From: Candidatus Iainarchaeum sp.
GTDB taxonomy: Archaea; Iainarchaeota; Iainarchaeia; Iainarchaeales; JAAZKV01
Assembly: GCA_026397015.1 (NCBI GenBank)
Contig: JAPLVR010000006.1
Location: forward strand, 32,001-96,000
DNA length: 64,000 bases
Direction of reading: 5' to 3'
Of this stretch, positions 7,375-16,063 are shown one piece after another; within the stretch, counting starts at the first letter, position 1; each line of letters starts with the position of its first letter. A program made the position numbers and the translations under genes. Below the pieces are notes generated by a model. The model was not told the DNA's origin, ran no database searches, and worked only from the letters and a program-made list of their open reading frames with translations.

Positions 7375-9195
7375 TCATTCCACTTGCCAAGTCAATATTG
7401 GATAATTATCAACACGTGCTGTCCAGTTCTTATCTAAGCCGAAAGTCCAGTAAGGTACCACCGTATCATAAACATTATGGTCTTGAGAATAGAAAACAGT
7501 TTTATCCGCTTCATTATAAGTCACATTCCCGTCAGGGTTCCCTATCGCATTCCAATCCCCAGCACCAGTCCACCAGCCGCAATTGGAAACTGTTCCTTCT
7601 TTGAATCCGACTAGACCCCCAACATCAATAGTTCCAGATACAGCCCCTGTCGAATAAGAGTTAGAAACAGCACCCCCGGCCCAGCCGACTAGTCCCCCGA
7701 CATAATTAGTGCCAATTGTAATCCCCGTTGAATAAGAATTAGAAATCGACCCATCCCATTGACCTCCAACTAGCCCACCAACATCATAACCGCCAGTTAC
7801 ATTCCCTATTGAATAAGAATCAGAAATTGCCCCCCCTTCTTGGTCTCCGACTAGGCCCCCAACCTCATCAGAATCAGGAGTGCCAGTTACATTCCCTGTT
7901 GAATAAGAATTAGAAATTGCCCCACTATTTTTGAACCCGACTAGGCCCCCAAGAGAATCAGAAGTTCCATTTACGCTTCCTGTTGAATAAGAATCAGAAA
8001 TCGTTCCATATTGGTGTCCGGCTAGGCCACCGACATCATAACCAGAACCATTTACGCTTCCTGTTGAATAAGAAGCAGAAACCGTTCCCTCTTGGGTTCC
8101 GACAAGGCCCCCGACTTCATTAACACCATTTACAGCCCCTGTTGAATAAGAATTAGAAATCGCCACCCCTGGATATTGGAGTCCTACCAGGCCTCCGACT
8201 TCATTAACACCATTTACAGCCCCTGTTGAGTGAGAGTTAGAAATCGACCCATACTGCCATCCAACGAGACCCCCGATACCATCATTAGAACTGGTTACGC
8301 TTCCTGTTGAATAAGAATCAGAAATTGCCCCCCCTTCTTGGTCTCCGACTAGGCCCCCAACCCCTTCACCAGAACTATTTATGCTTCCCGCCGAATAAGA
8401 ACCAGAAATCACCCCATATTGGTATCCGACGAGACCCCCGACATAGTTACCGCTGCCAGTTACACTCCCTGTTGAATAAGAACCAGAAACCGTTCCAGAC
8501 TCTTGATATCCGATTATTCCCCCAACCTCCGAGTTTCCGGTTATATTCGAGTTTTCCATTCCCAAATCCTTTACTTCCGAACCATTAACATACCCGAATA
8601 AGCCAACATTGTTCGTGTTTGGCCGGTAAATGTACAAATTGCTTACCGAGTAGTTCCCTCCGTCAAGGCTGCCGGTAAACTCATTCATAGCATCCCCAAT
8701 CGGCACAAAGCCAGATTCAGGCGGTGGCGAGAAGTCCAAGTGCCGCCCAAAAACTCCGCTGCCCTCATCTTCTTGTAGGTTCCAATTAATGGTATTAAAA
8801 CAATTAATGTCCTGCGCGAGCGCGTAGTTCGCATCCAAATCATTGCTCATACCCTGCAACTCATTACAATCGGACAAAAGGAACGGATGCGCATAACTAC
8901 CGTCCTCAAATGGTGGAGCAGGAACAACAGGAACATCAGGCGTACAATTGACAACAAACTCGGAGGGGCCGACAGTATGCTGGATACCATACTTATCCTT
9001 GTAAGTAATCTTCACGGAATAAGTCCGCGAACCACCAACACAACCAGACAAATCGGAAACTATAATCGTTCTATCATCGCCTCCGGAAATACTGGCGGAA
9101 TCGAAATTCAAATCCACACCATCAACATTAATCCCAGTAACAGTAACATTCTCAAACGTTTCTTTTTTAAAAACAACCCAATTCATTTTATTCAA
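7375..9195 (-). CDS. GLUG-repeat surface protein paralog lacking a signal peptide
   Basis: About a dozen VGGLVG..ISNSYSTG.V.G units; N-terminus aligns to the middle of the pilin-like domain of 3751-6201; C-term YPILTWQ. Confidence 0.82.
   Translation of the reverse strand: MNKMNWVVFKKETFENVTVTGINVDGVDLNFDSASISGGDDRTIIVSDLSGCVGGSRTYSVKITYKDKYGIQHTVGPSEFVVNCTPDVPVVPAPPFEDGSYAHPFLLSDCNELQGMSNDLDANYALAQDINCFNTINWNLQEDEGSGVFGRHLDFSPPPESGFVPIGDAMNEFTGSLDGGNYSVSNLYIYRPNTNNVGLFGYVNGSEVKDLGMENSNITGNSEVGGIIGYQESGTVSGSYSTGSVTGSGNYVGGLVGYQYGVISGSYSAGSINSSGEGVGGLVGDQEGGAISDSYSTGSVTSSNDGIGGLVGWQYGSISNSHSTGAVNGVNEVGGLVGLQYPGVAISNSYSTGAVNGVNEVGGLVGTQEGTVSASYSTGSVNGSGYDVGGLAGHQYGTISDSYSTGSVNGTSDSLGGLVGFKNSGAISNSYSTGNVTGTPDSDEVGGLVGDQEGGAISDSYSIGNVTGGYDVGGLVGGQWDGSISNSYSTGITIGTNYVGGLVGWAGGAVSNSYSTGAVSGTIDVGGLVGFKEGTVSNCGWWTGAGDWNAIGNPDGNVTYNEADKTVFYSQDHNVYDTVVPYWTFGLDKNWTARVDNYPILTWQVE
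7809..8362 (-). repeat. Identical 56-bp internal repeat (7809-7864 and 8307-8362) within the GLUG array
   Basis: ttgaataagaatcagaaattgcccccccttcttggtctccgactaggcccccaacc occurs twice; encodes VGGLVGDQEGGAISDSYS. Confidence 0.88.
8816..8908 (-). repeat. Copy 2 of the 93-bp direct repeat shared by the two GLUG genes
   Basis: 9 transitions relative to 5621-5713. Confidence 0.9.
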
Positions 9196-9253
9196 ACAGT
9201 TTTAAGCCTAAATTAATTTAATTTCGCTTGAGAAAGGAAAAATAGGTGGTTTT

Positions 9254-9646
9254 ATGGTTGATGAGAAGAAATTTGAGGGCGCCGGCTCGTTAAAGCCGGG
9301 CAGCCACGTTTTAATAGACGGCGAAGTTTGCCAGGTTAAGAGCGTTGAAAAATCAAAGCCGGGAAAGCACGGCGCCGCGAAGGTAAGGGTAGTCGCATTT
9401 AACATTTTTACAGGGCAAAAAAGAGGGTTGCTCAAGGGAACTGATGCGGAAGTAGAAATACCGATTATTCCAAAGGGAACGGCGCACGTAGTCGCAATAA
9501 TGGGCGACGTTATCCAGATAATGGACATTGAAAATTACGAAACCTACAACGCGCCGAAACCCGCAGAAATTCCCGGATTGGCTTCGGGCGTAACCGTGGA
9601 ATACCAAAAATACGGCGAAAATGTGAAAATAACGAGAAAGAAATAA
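9254..9646 (+). CDS. eif5a: Translation factor aIF5A
   Basis: Hypusine motif SKPGKHGAAK. Confidence 0.97.
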   Translation: MVDEKKFEGAGSLKPGSHVLIDGEVCQVKSVEKSKPGKHGAAKVRVVAFNIFTGQKRGLLKGTDAEVEIPIIPKGTAHVVAIMGDVIQIMDIENYETYNAPKPAEIPGLASGVTVEYQKYGENVKITRKK

Positions 9647-9721
9647 TTCACATAAACCGTTCGAACAAAAATTCGGCTTGAAAGCGCAAGCCTAATTAAA
9701 CCAATCTTTAATACTTCATTC

Positions 9722-10357
9722 ATGGCAACACCTGCAAAAAAACCAAAGGCGCTTCTTTTAATTTCCGGCGGCATCGACTCGCCCGTCGCCGGGCTGCTTG
9801 CGCAGAAAAAATTTGAAATCGGGGCGGTTCATTTCTCACAAACACCTTTCACAGATGACAGCCCGGAAAAAAAATCAATTGCGGCGTGCAAAAAATTGGG
9901 CTTGAAAGAACTCGCCGTTATTGAGGCGGGAAACGAGTTCAAGGAAATCGCTGAAAACGGCGGAAGGCCGTTTTACTTTGTATTGATGAAAAGATTCATG
10001 ATGAAGACCGGGGAAAAAATCGCGGAGCAAAGGGGCGCTGAATTTTTAATCACGGGGGAAAGCATCGGGCAGGTAAGCTCGCAGACGATGAGCAACCTCA
10101 ACACAATAAACTCCGCCACAAAAATGGAAATTTTGCGGCCGCTGATGTTCATGCATAAGCAGGAAATAGTTGACCTAAACATTGCGAACGGCTTTTTCGA
10201 GATTTCAAAGGGGCCGGAGCTCTGCGATGCTCTCGCAACCGAAAAGCCGAAAACAAAAACAAAAATAAAAGAAGTGCTATTTGAAGAGGAACGGTGCGGA
10301 ATGGAAGCGCTGGTCGAAAGGGCGATGAATAAAATAAGAATTGTTGCAATTAATTAA
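9722..10357 (+). CDS. ThiI/TtuI-type tRNA 4-thiouridine synthase, catalytic PP-loop domain only (no THUMP)
   Basis: LISGGIDSPVA, TGESIGQVSSQT..NL, LRPL, GPELC; only 211 aa. Confidence 0.85.
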   Translation: MATPAKKPKALLLISGGIDSPVAGLLAQKKFEIGAVHFSQTPFTDDSPEKKSIAACKKLGLKELAVIEAGNEFKEIAENGGRPFYFVLMKRFMMKTGEKIAEQRGAEFLITGESIGQVSSQTMSNLNTINSATKMEILRPLMFMHKQEIVDLNIANGFFEISKGPELCDALATEKPKTKTKIKEVLFEEERCGMEALVERAMNKIRIVAIN

Positions 10358-10362
10358 TTCAC

Positions 10363-10683
10363 TTGGTTGTGAATGCTGTGGAGCTGGGCGATTTTGTCGG
10401 GAAGCCGTGCAAAAGCAGGGTTGCTTTTGAATTCCGGCCGAAAAGGGAAGTCAAAATCGATTTGGCGGCGGCGGGCGAAGCACTGAGAAAAGAATTTTCA
10501 ATTGAATTGGAATCAAAGCTCCTTCTAATTGTGGGAATCGAAAGTCATCGCGTTTCAATCTTCCCTTCCGGAAAAATTCTTGTAAGGGGGGAAAGGGAGG
10601 AGGCGAAAGCAAGGAAGCTGGCGGAAAAAATTGTCAAATATTTTGGGCAGAAAGGCGGAGCAAAAAGTTTTATTAAAAGTTAA
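10363..10683 (+). CDS. Small hypothetical protein resembling the C-terminal domain of Bacillus-type MoeB/ThiF
   Basis: PC..FEFRP..IDL..RVSIFPSGKILVRG..AR.L pattern; starts 5 bp after the ThiI-like gene. Confidence 0.6.
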   Translation: MVVNAVELGDFVGKPCKSRVAFEFRPKREVKIDLAAAGEALRKEFSIELESKLLLIVGIESHRVSIFPSGKILVRGEREEAKARKLAEKIVKYFGQKGGAKSFIKS

Positions 10684-10719
10684 GCGCTACTCTGTAATGG
10701 AATTTGAATCGGTGGGTGA

Positions 10720-11154
10720 ATGGGCATAATACAAAAAAACGACTGCATTTTCTGCAAATTCGTTACGGGAGAAATAAAGCCTGCAGTTGTTTTCAAAAAT
10801 GAAAGCGTTTTGGCAATTCTTGACATCAATCCCGCAGGGGCGTTGTGTGGGCACACGCTCGTAATGCCAAAAAAACATTTCGAAACGATTGAGGACTGCC
10901 CGGAAAAGGAGCTGAAAGAGGCAATCGCCGCGGTAAAAAAGCTTGTTCCGGCAATAAAAATGGTTTCCGGTGCGGAAGGAATCAATGTAATACAAAACAA
11001 CGGGCAGGCCGCAGGACAGCTGGTGAATCACGTTCATTTTCACATAATCCCGCGGGCACGCGGCGACGGAATCCATTTCAACGAGAACAGGCGGAAGCCG
11101 AGACCGATGGAACTGACCGAAGCGGCTGAGGCGATTAAAAAAGCATTGGAATAG
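10720..11154 (+). CDS. HIT family nucleotide hydrolase
   Basis: DCIFCK, GHTLVMPKKH, AGQLVNHVHFHIIPR. Confidence 0.95.
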   Translation: MGIIQKNDCIFCKFVTGEIKPAVVFKNESVLAILDINPAGALCGHTLVMPKKHFETIEDCPEKELKEAIAAVKKLVPAIKMVSGAEGINVIQNNGQAAGQLVNHVHFHIIPRARGDGIHFNENRRKPRPMELTEAAEAIKKALE

Positions 11155-11185
11155 AAACCATAAACACAAGGAAGGTTTTGTTGGA

Positions 11186-11470
11186 ATGGAAAACGGGCAG
11201 GGCGCAATAGAATACCTTTTGCTGCTCGCAGCAGGGGTTGTTGTAGTCGCAGTGGTTATTTCTTTCCTTATAATGCTTATCAACCAGACACAGGAAGCGG
11301 GGTGCGAAGGGCTGAAAGGAATGCTGTGCGACAGCCTCGACTCAAATATTGAGGTTTGCGCATGCTACAACGGAAATGAAGCCTATTTTGGCAGCCCCGC
11401 GGAAGGAAAAAGCTACTGTTGCAGCCAGAAATGCCCGAAGCTCAGGGCCAAATGGAACTGCGGGCAGTGA
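11186..11470 (+). CDS. Small class III signal peptide (pilin-like) protein, Cys-rich
   Basis: GQ/GAIEYLLLLA + hydrophobic helix; 8 Cys in the ~55-aa C-terminal part. Confidence 0.8.
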   Translation: MENGQGAIEYLLLLAAGVVVVAVVISFLIMLINQTQEAGCEGLKGMLCDSLDSNIEVCACYNGNEAYFGSPAEGKSYCCSQKCPKLRAKWNCGQ

Positions 11471-11828
11471 AAAAATTAAGGGCGCACTTCCACAAAAAAT
11501 AATCCTAATAACTCTGAAAAAATAATTTGGGGAAAAAGAAAGAAAACCAATTTTCCCATTTTCAATTTTTTATTTTCAAATTTTTTTAAAAATTCAGAAA
11601 AAAATTCGGTTTTATGTTTGAAAGAAACAAAAGCATTTTGCTTTCCGAACCAAGAAGATATTAATCCAAGTTAGGCAATATACTATAAGAAAAAAAATTT
11701 TTAAAATTTTGGAGCTTTTTTCACTGGGAAGGGCTTCAAACTGATTCTCCCACACACCGGCATAGAACCCTGAAAGGGTTTTTAACCGGAAAAAGCGCAT
11801 TTTTAACGGAAACACGTCTTGTGATTTT

Positions 11829-14800
11829 ATGCAAATAAACCTGGAAGAAATCGAGAAGCAGGAGGGAAGCCCCTTTGTTGAGAAGTTCGAGGAATTTTTC
11901 AACAGCGAGTACAGAAAAGAGATAGAGAAGATACTTGAGAACTACCCTGAAAAAAGAAGCGTTGTTGTAGATTTCAAACTGCTTGAAAGGTTCGATCCGG
12001 CGCTGGCGGACGAGCTCACTGACAACCCGGACGCGATAATTGCGGCTGCGCAATCCGCAATAAAAAATGTGAATATTCCTTCTCTGAACGTCGATTCTTT
12101 CGAACCGCACATAAGGTTTTCAAATCTGCCCGCAGACAGCGAACTCAACATCAGGGATATCGGCTCGAAACACCTTGGAAAATTTATTTCGGTTGAAGGA
12201 GTGGCGAGGCTTATCACTGATGTTCTGCCAAAAATAAAACTCGCTGTGTGGAAGTGCAAGCGCTGCGGAAACATTTACAAGACGCCGCAGGAAAAACAGA
12301 ACATAAAAATGCCAAACATGTGCGAATGCAATCACCGCGATTTCGAACTTATCGAGGACAAAAGCGATTTTGTCGATTACCAAAAGGTGCAGATACAGGA
12401 GCCATTGGACAAACTGAAGGGAAGCGAACAAGCCGCCCACATAGACGTTTACATAATGGATGATTTGGTGAACAAGGTTTCGGGAGGAGACAAAACGAGG
12501 TTCTCAGGGGTGTTAAGGCTTTCCCCGCCGGACAAGGAAAAAAAATCCGTTTACAGGTGGTTCCTTGAAACGAATTATCTCGATGAAACGCAAAAAGAAT
12601 TTGACGAAATTGATGTTTCAAAAGAAGACGAGGAAGAAATAAGAAAACTCGCAAAAAACCCTCTTGTATACGACATGCTGAAGGACAGCATCGCGCCTGC
12701 AATTTACGGGCACGATGTTGTGAAGGAAAGCATAGGACTGCAATTGTTCAGCGGAGTAACAAAGCATTTGCCAAACAACCAAAAAATAAGGGGCAATATC
12801 CACATTTTATTAATCGGCGATCCTGGGTGCTTAGTTGGAGATGAGCGGGTCGTAATGGGGGACGGCACAATAAAAAGGATTGAAGACCTTGGAGAAAACC
12901 ACCTTCAAAAAGTCGATTTCCAAATTCTCACCGGCGAAGGCGGAAAAAAAAGGGATTCCGCCACAACATTCTTTTACTATCCTCAAAAAAAAGTGATGGA
13001 AATAATTACCGAAAGCGGAAAAAGCATAAAGGGGACACACGACCATCCGCTGCTCTGCGTCTCAAAAGAAAACGGGCGAGTAAAAAGAGAATGGAAACGC
13101 CTAGACAACTTTAAAATAAAAGATAAAGTAGCAGTAGTAACCGGAATCCCCTGTACAATCACAAAATATGTCCCGACAGGATTCAAAAAAACCGAAAGCA
13201 CGAGCGGGCCAAAATTCAAGGGAAAACTCCCGGAAAAAGTTACACCCGAACTTGGAGCGCTTCTCGGATATATGCTCGGGGACGGCTGGGTGAGAAAAAA
13301 AGAAGCGTACTTTGTGGTTTCTGACCCGGAAAAAGATCTGCTCCCAAAACTCGAAAAAATTGTTAAAGATTTATTTGGCATTGCACCCGGAATAACCTCA
13401 AAAAAAGGCCCGGGAAGAAAAGTGATTCTGCACAGAGCAGGAATACACTCAAAGGATGTCGCACACAACTTGCTTTTTTTGCGGGAAAAAAGGGTTCCAA
13501 AGATAATACTTGAATCCGGAAACAAAGTTGTCGCAGAATTCCTAAAATGGCTTTACGAGGCGGACGGCTGCGTTTTCAGCAAGGGAAGGGGAAGCCGCTC
13601 AATATCGCTCAAAGCGAAAAATCTTGAATTGCTTAGAGATGTTCAAATTTTGCTGTTAAGATTCAGCATCCATTCAAGAATTATCGAAAATTCATTGATG
13701 ATACGCAGGGGTAAATCAATAAAAAAATTTGCCACAAAAATCGGGTTCGCTTCAAAAAAGAAAAAAGAAAAAATGAACGAAGCGGCAAAAAATGCAGAGA
13801 AACACGCAAGACTCAAACAACAAAGAAGCGAAAAAATAGTAAAAATAATTGACCACGGATTGGAAGACGTTTACGACATCGAAGTACCACAAAGCCACAG
13901 ATTCATCGCAAACGGAATAATATCCCACAACTGCGGAAAATCACAACTCTTATTGGCGGCGAACAGCATTGCGCCGAAAAGCATTTATGTCGGCGGAAAG
14001 ACCACAAGCGGGGTTGGATTAACCGCGAGTGCAGTTAAAGACGATTTCGGGGAAGGGGGCTGGACCCTAAAGGCAGGGGCATTGGTTTTGAGTTCCGGCG
14101 GAATCTGCATGGCTGATGAACTCGACAAAATGACTCCGGAAGACAGAAGCGCTTTGCACGAAGCAATGGAACAGGGAACGATTTCGGTTGCAAAAGCCGG
14201 AATAGTTGCGAGATTCAAAGCGGATACTTCCCTTTTGGCCGCGGCGAACCCGAAGCACCACAGATTCGATAAATTTCAGCTATTCACCGATCAGATAGAT
14301 TTGCCTCCGTCGCTTATTTCAAGATTTGACTTATTCTTCATGATAAAAGATATTCTTGATAGGGACAGGGACAAAAAAATTTCCGAGCACATACTGATGA
14401 CGCACCAGGGGGGCGAAAAACTCAGGCAGTCGGAGAAAACAGGAAAGCCCCTTTCAAAAAAAGAATCCGATTATATAACAAAACTGACCACTCCGATAAT
14501 AGACGGAATGCTTCTAAGAAAATACGTTTCATTTGCGAGGCAAACCTGTTTCCCTGTTTTAAGCCCAGAGGCGATTGAAAAAATAACCGATTTTTACATC
14601 GCTCTTAGAGACCAGGGAAGAAACGAATCAAGGTATGCGGCAACAGCAAGACAGCTTGAAGGGCTCGTAAGGCTGGCGGAAGCGAGCGCAAAAGTAAGGC
14701 TGAGCGACACAGTAACAATTGAAGACGCCGAAAGGTCGATAAGAATTGTAAGGGATTCGCTGCAGGATACAATGGTTGACCCTGAAACAGGAAAAATAGA

Positions 14801-15053
14801 TATAGACATTGCGACAAGCGGAACCACTCACACCAAACAGAACAGCTGGTTTACCGTTTTAAAAATAATAAAAGACACCATCGGAAGAGGCGAAGATTCG
14901 GCGCCGCTTGAAATGATAATTGAAGAAGCGGGGCAAAAGGGATTAACGCCTGAAAAAGTAAAGGAAACAATCAAGGAACTTGAGAGCAAGGGAGAAATTT
15001 ATTCGCCGAGATACGGATTGTTCAAGCCGACCGATCCGGAAAGAAAAAAATGA
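11829..15053 (+). CDS. mcm: MCM replicative helicase containing an intein
   Basis: Zn finger CKRC..CEC, RGNIHILLIGDPG, DELDKM, LHEAMEQ, SRFDL, TARQLE, C-terminal winged helix. Confidence 0.97.
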   Translation: MQINLEEIEKQEGSPFVEKFEEFFNSEYRKEIEKILENYPEKRSVVVDFKLLERFDPALADELTDNPDAIIAAAQSAIKNVNIPSLNVDSFEPHIRFSNLPADSELNIRDIGSKHLGKFISVEGVARLITDVLPKIKLAVWKCKRCGNIYKTPQEKQNIKMPNMCECNHRDFELIEDKSDFVDYQKVQIQEPLDKLKGSEQAAHIDVYIMDDLVNKVSGGDKTRFSGVLRLSPPDKEKKSVYRWFLETNYLDETQKEFDEIDVSKEDEEEIRKLAKNPLVYDMLKDSIAPAIYGHDVVKESIGLQLFSGVTKHLPNNQKIRGNIHILLIGDPGCLVGDERVVMGDGTIKRIEDLGENHLQKVDFQILTGEGGKKRDSATTFFYYPQKKVMEIITESGKSIKGTHDHPLLCVSKENGRVKREWKRLDNFKIKDKVAVVTGIPCTITKYVPTGFKKTESTSGPKFKGKLPEKVTPELGALLGYMLGDGWVRKKEAYFVVSDPEKDLLPKLEKIVKDLFGIAPGITSKKGPGRKVILHRAGIHSKDVAHNLLFLREKRVPKIILESGNKVVAEFLKWLYEADGCVFSKGRGSRSISLKAKNLELLRDVQILLLRFSIHSRIIENSLMIRRGKSIKKFATKIGFASKKKKEKMNEAAKNAEKHARLKQQRSEKIVKIIDHGLEDVYDIEVPQSHRFIANGIISHNCGKSQLLLAANSIAPKSIYVGGKTTSGVGLTASAVKDDFGEGGWTLKAGALVLSSGGICMADELDKMTPEDRSALHEAMEQGTISVAKAGIVARFKADTSLLAAANPKHHRFDKFQLFTDQIDLPPSLISRFDLFFMIKDILDRDRDKKISEHILMTHQGGEKLRQSEKTGKPLSKKESDYITKLTTPIIDGMLLRKYVSFARQTCFPVLSPEAIEKITDFYIALRDQGRNESRYAATARQLEGLVRLAEASAKVRLSDTVTIEDAERSIRIVRDSLQDTMVDPETGKIDIDIATSGTTHTKQNSWFTVLKIIKDTIGRGEDSAPLEMIIEEAGQKGLTPEKVKETIKELESKGEIYSPRYGLFKPTDPERKK
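12828..13931 (+). mobile_element. Intein (368 aa) with LAGLIDADG homing endonuclease in the MCM Walker A motif
   Basis: GDPG|CLVGDE..., block B GTHDHPLL, LLGYMLGDG and LKWLYEADG, VYDIEV..FIANGIISHN|CGKSQ. Confidence 0.95.
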
Positions 15054-15103
15054 TTATTCAGCAGGATGGCGGAGGCGGAACAAAGTTGAATGTTCGCGCC
15101 GCG

Positions 15104-15154
15104 CAAAAAATCCCTTCCGCCAAAAAATCTTTTCCGTCCAAAAATCTTTTCCAT
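15104..15154 (+). repeat. 17-bp tandem repeat x3, intergenic
   Basis: caaaaaatcccttccgc / caaaaaatcttttccgt / ccaaaaatcttttccat. Confidence 0.8.
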
Positions 15155-15199
15155 GCCTTTCAGAAACTAATTAAAAACCCTTCAGCGCACATTTTTCTG

Positions 15200-16057
15200 A
15201 TGCGAAAAAAGAAAACTCCCAAAAAAACAAAAATCGCTCAAAAAAAAGAAAACTTTTTTAACAACAGGGCGTTTTTTCTCCTTCTCGGAGTTTTTATTGC
15301 AACTGAATTTATCGGCCTGACTGTCGCCCATTCGCTTGCGAAAACAATTGAAATCCAGCCGATCTTCGGCGAAACAATAAATGACCCGATTAATGCCGCA
15401 TACCTTTTTGGAACAATAATCGTGATGACCGCATTAATACTTTTACTGCTTAAATTCAGGCAAAAGCGAAATTTTTTGCTAATAATAGAATCGCTCGCAG
15501 TTCTCTCAACCTCGATAATTGTTTTTGGAGTCGCAATAGGAGACTACGCAATAATCGCCGCACTGCTTCTTATCATGCTGAGGCACCTGCACAGGGAAAA
15601 CATCTGGCTGAGAAATTTTGTCGGAATAATAGCGATAGCGGGCGCAGGCGCCTACATAGGAATATCTTTGGGCCTTCTCCCGATACTTATCTTCATTACC
15701 GCGCTTTCATGCTACGACATCATCGCTGTTTTCGGAACCAAGCACATGGTTTCAATCGGGAAAGAGGTCAGCCGGGGAAATTTTGCTTTTACAATCGCGC
15801 TGCCGACAAAAGAGCACAAGTTTGAGCTGGGAAACGGCGATCTTGTAATTCCGCTCATGGTCGCTTCCGGAATAATGGTCAACGGGCCGTTCAGAAATAA
15901 TCTGGCCGTTTCGGCGCTGTGCATTGCCTCAAGTTTCATCGGGCTGGCTTACAGCATTGAAACAGTTTCGAAAAAGAAAATAGCGCTGCCTGCCCTGCCG
16001 CCTCAAACCGCCCTAATGCTCTGTGCGATTCTTCTCGCATCCGTTTTCGGAATGTGA
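15200..16057 (+). CDS. Presenilin-family intramembrane aspartyl protease
   Basis: Multi-TM; YD (SCYDIIAV), LGNGD and LPALP motifs; start placed at the internal ATG. Confidence 0.9.
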   Translation: MRKKKTPKKTKIAQKKENFFNNRAFFLLLGVFIATEFIGLTVAHSLAKTIEIQPIFGETINDPINAAYLFGTIIVMTALILLLLKFRQKRNFLLIIESLAVLSTSIIVFGVAIGDYAIIAALLLIMLRHLHRENIWLRNFVGIIAIAGAGAYIGISLGLLPILIFITALSCYDIIAVFGTKHMVSIGKEVSRGNFAFTIALPTKEHKFELGNGDLVIPLMVASGIMVNGPFRNNLAVSALCIASSFIGLAYSIETVSKKKIALPALPPQTALMLCAILLASVFGM

Positions 16058-16063
16058 AAAAAA

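Noticed and set aside
5621-8908. Diversity-generating retroelement TR/VR pair
   Set aside because: The 9 mismatches are mixed transitions, not adenine-specific; both copies are coding and mid-gene; no reverse transcriptase in the window.
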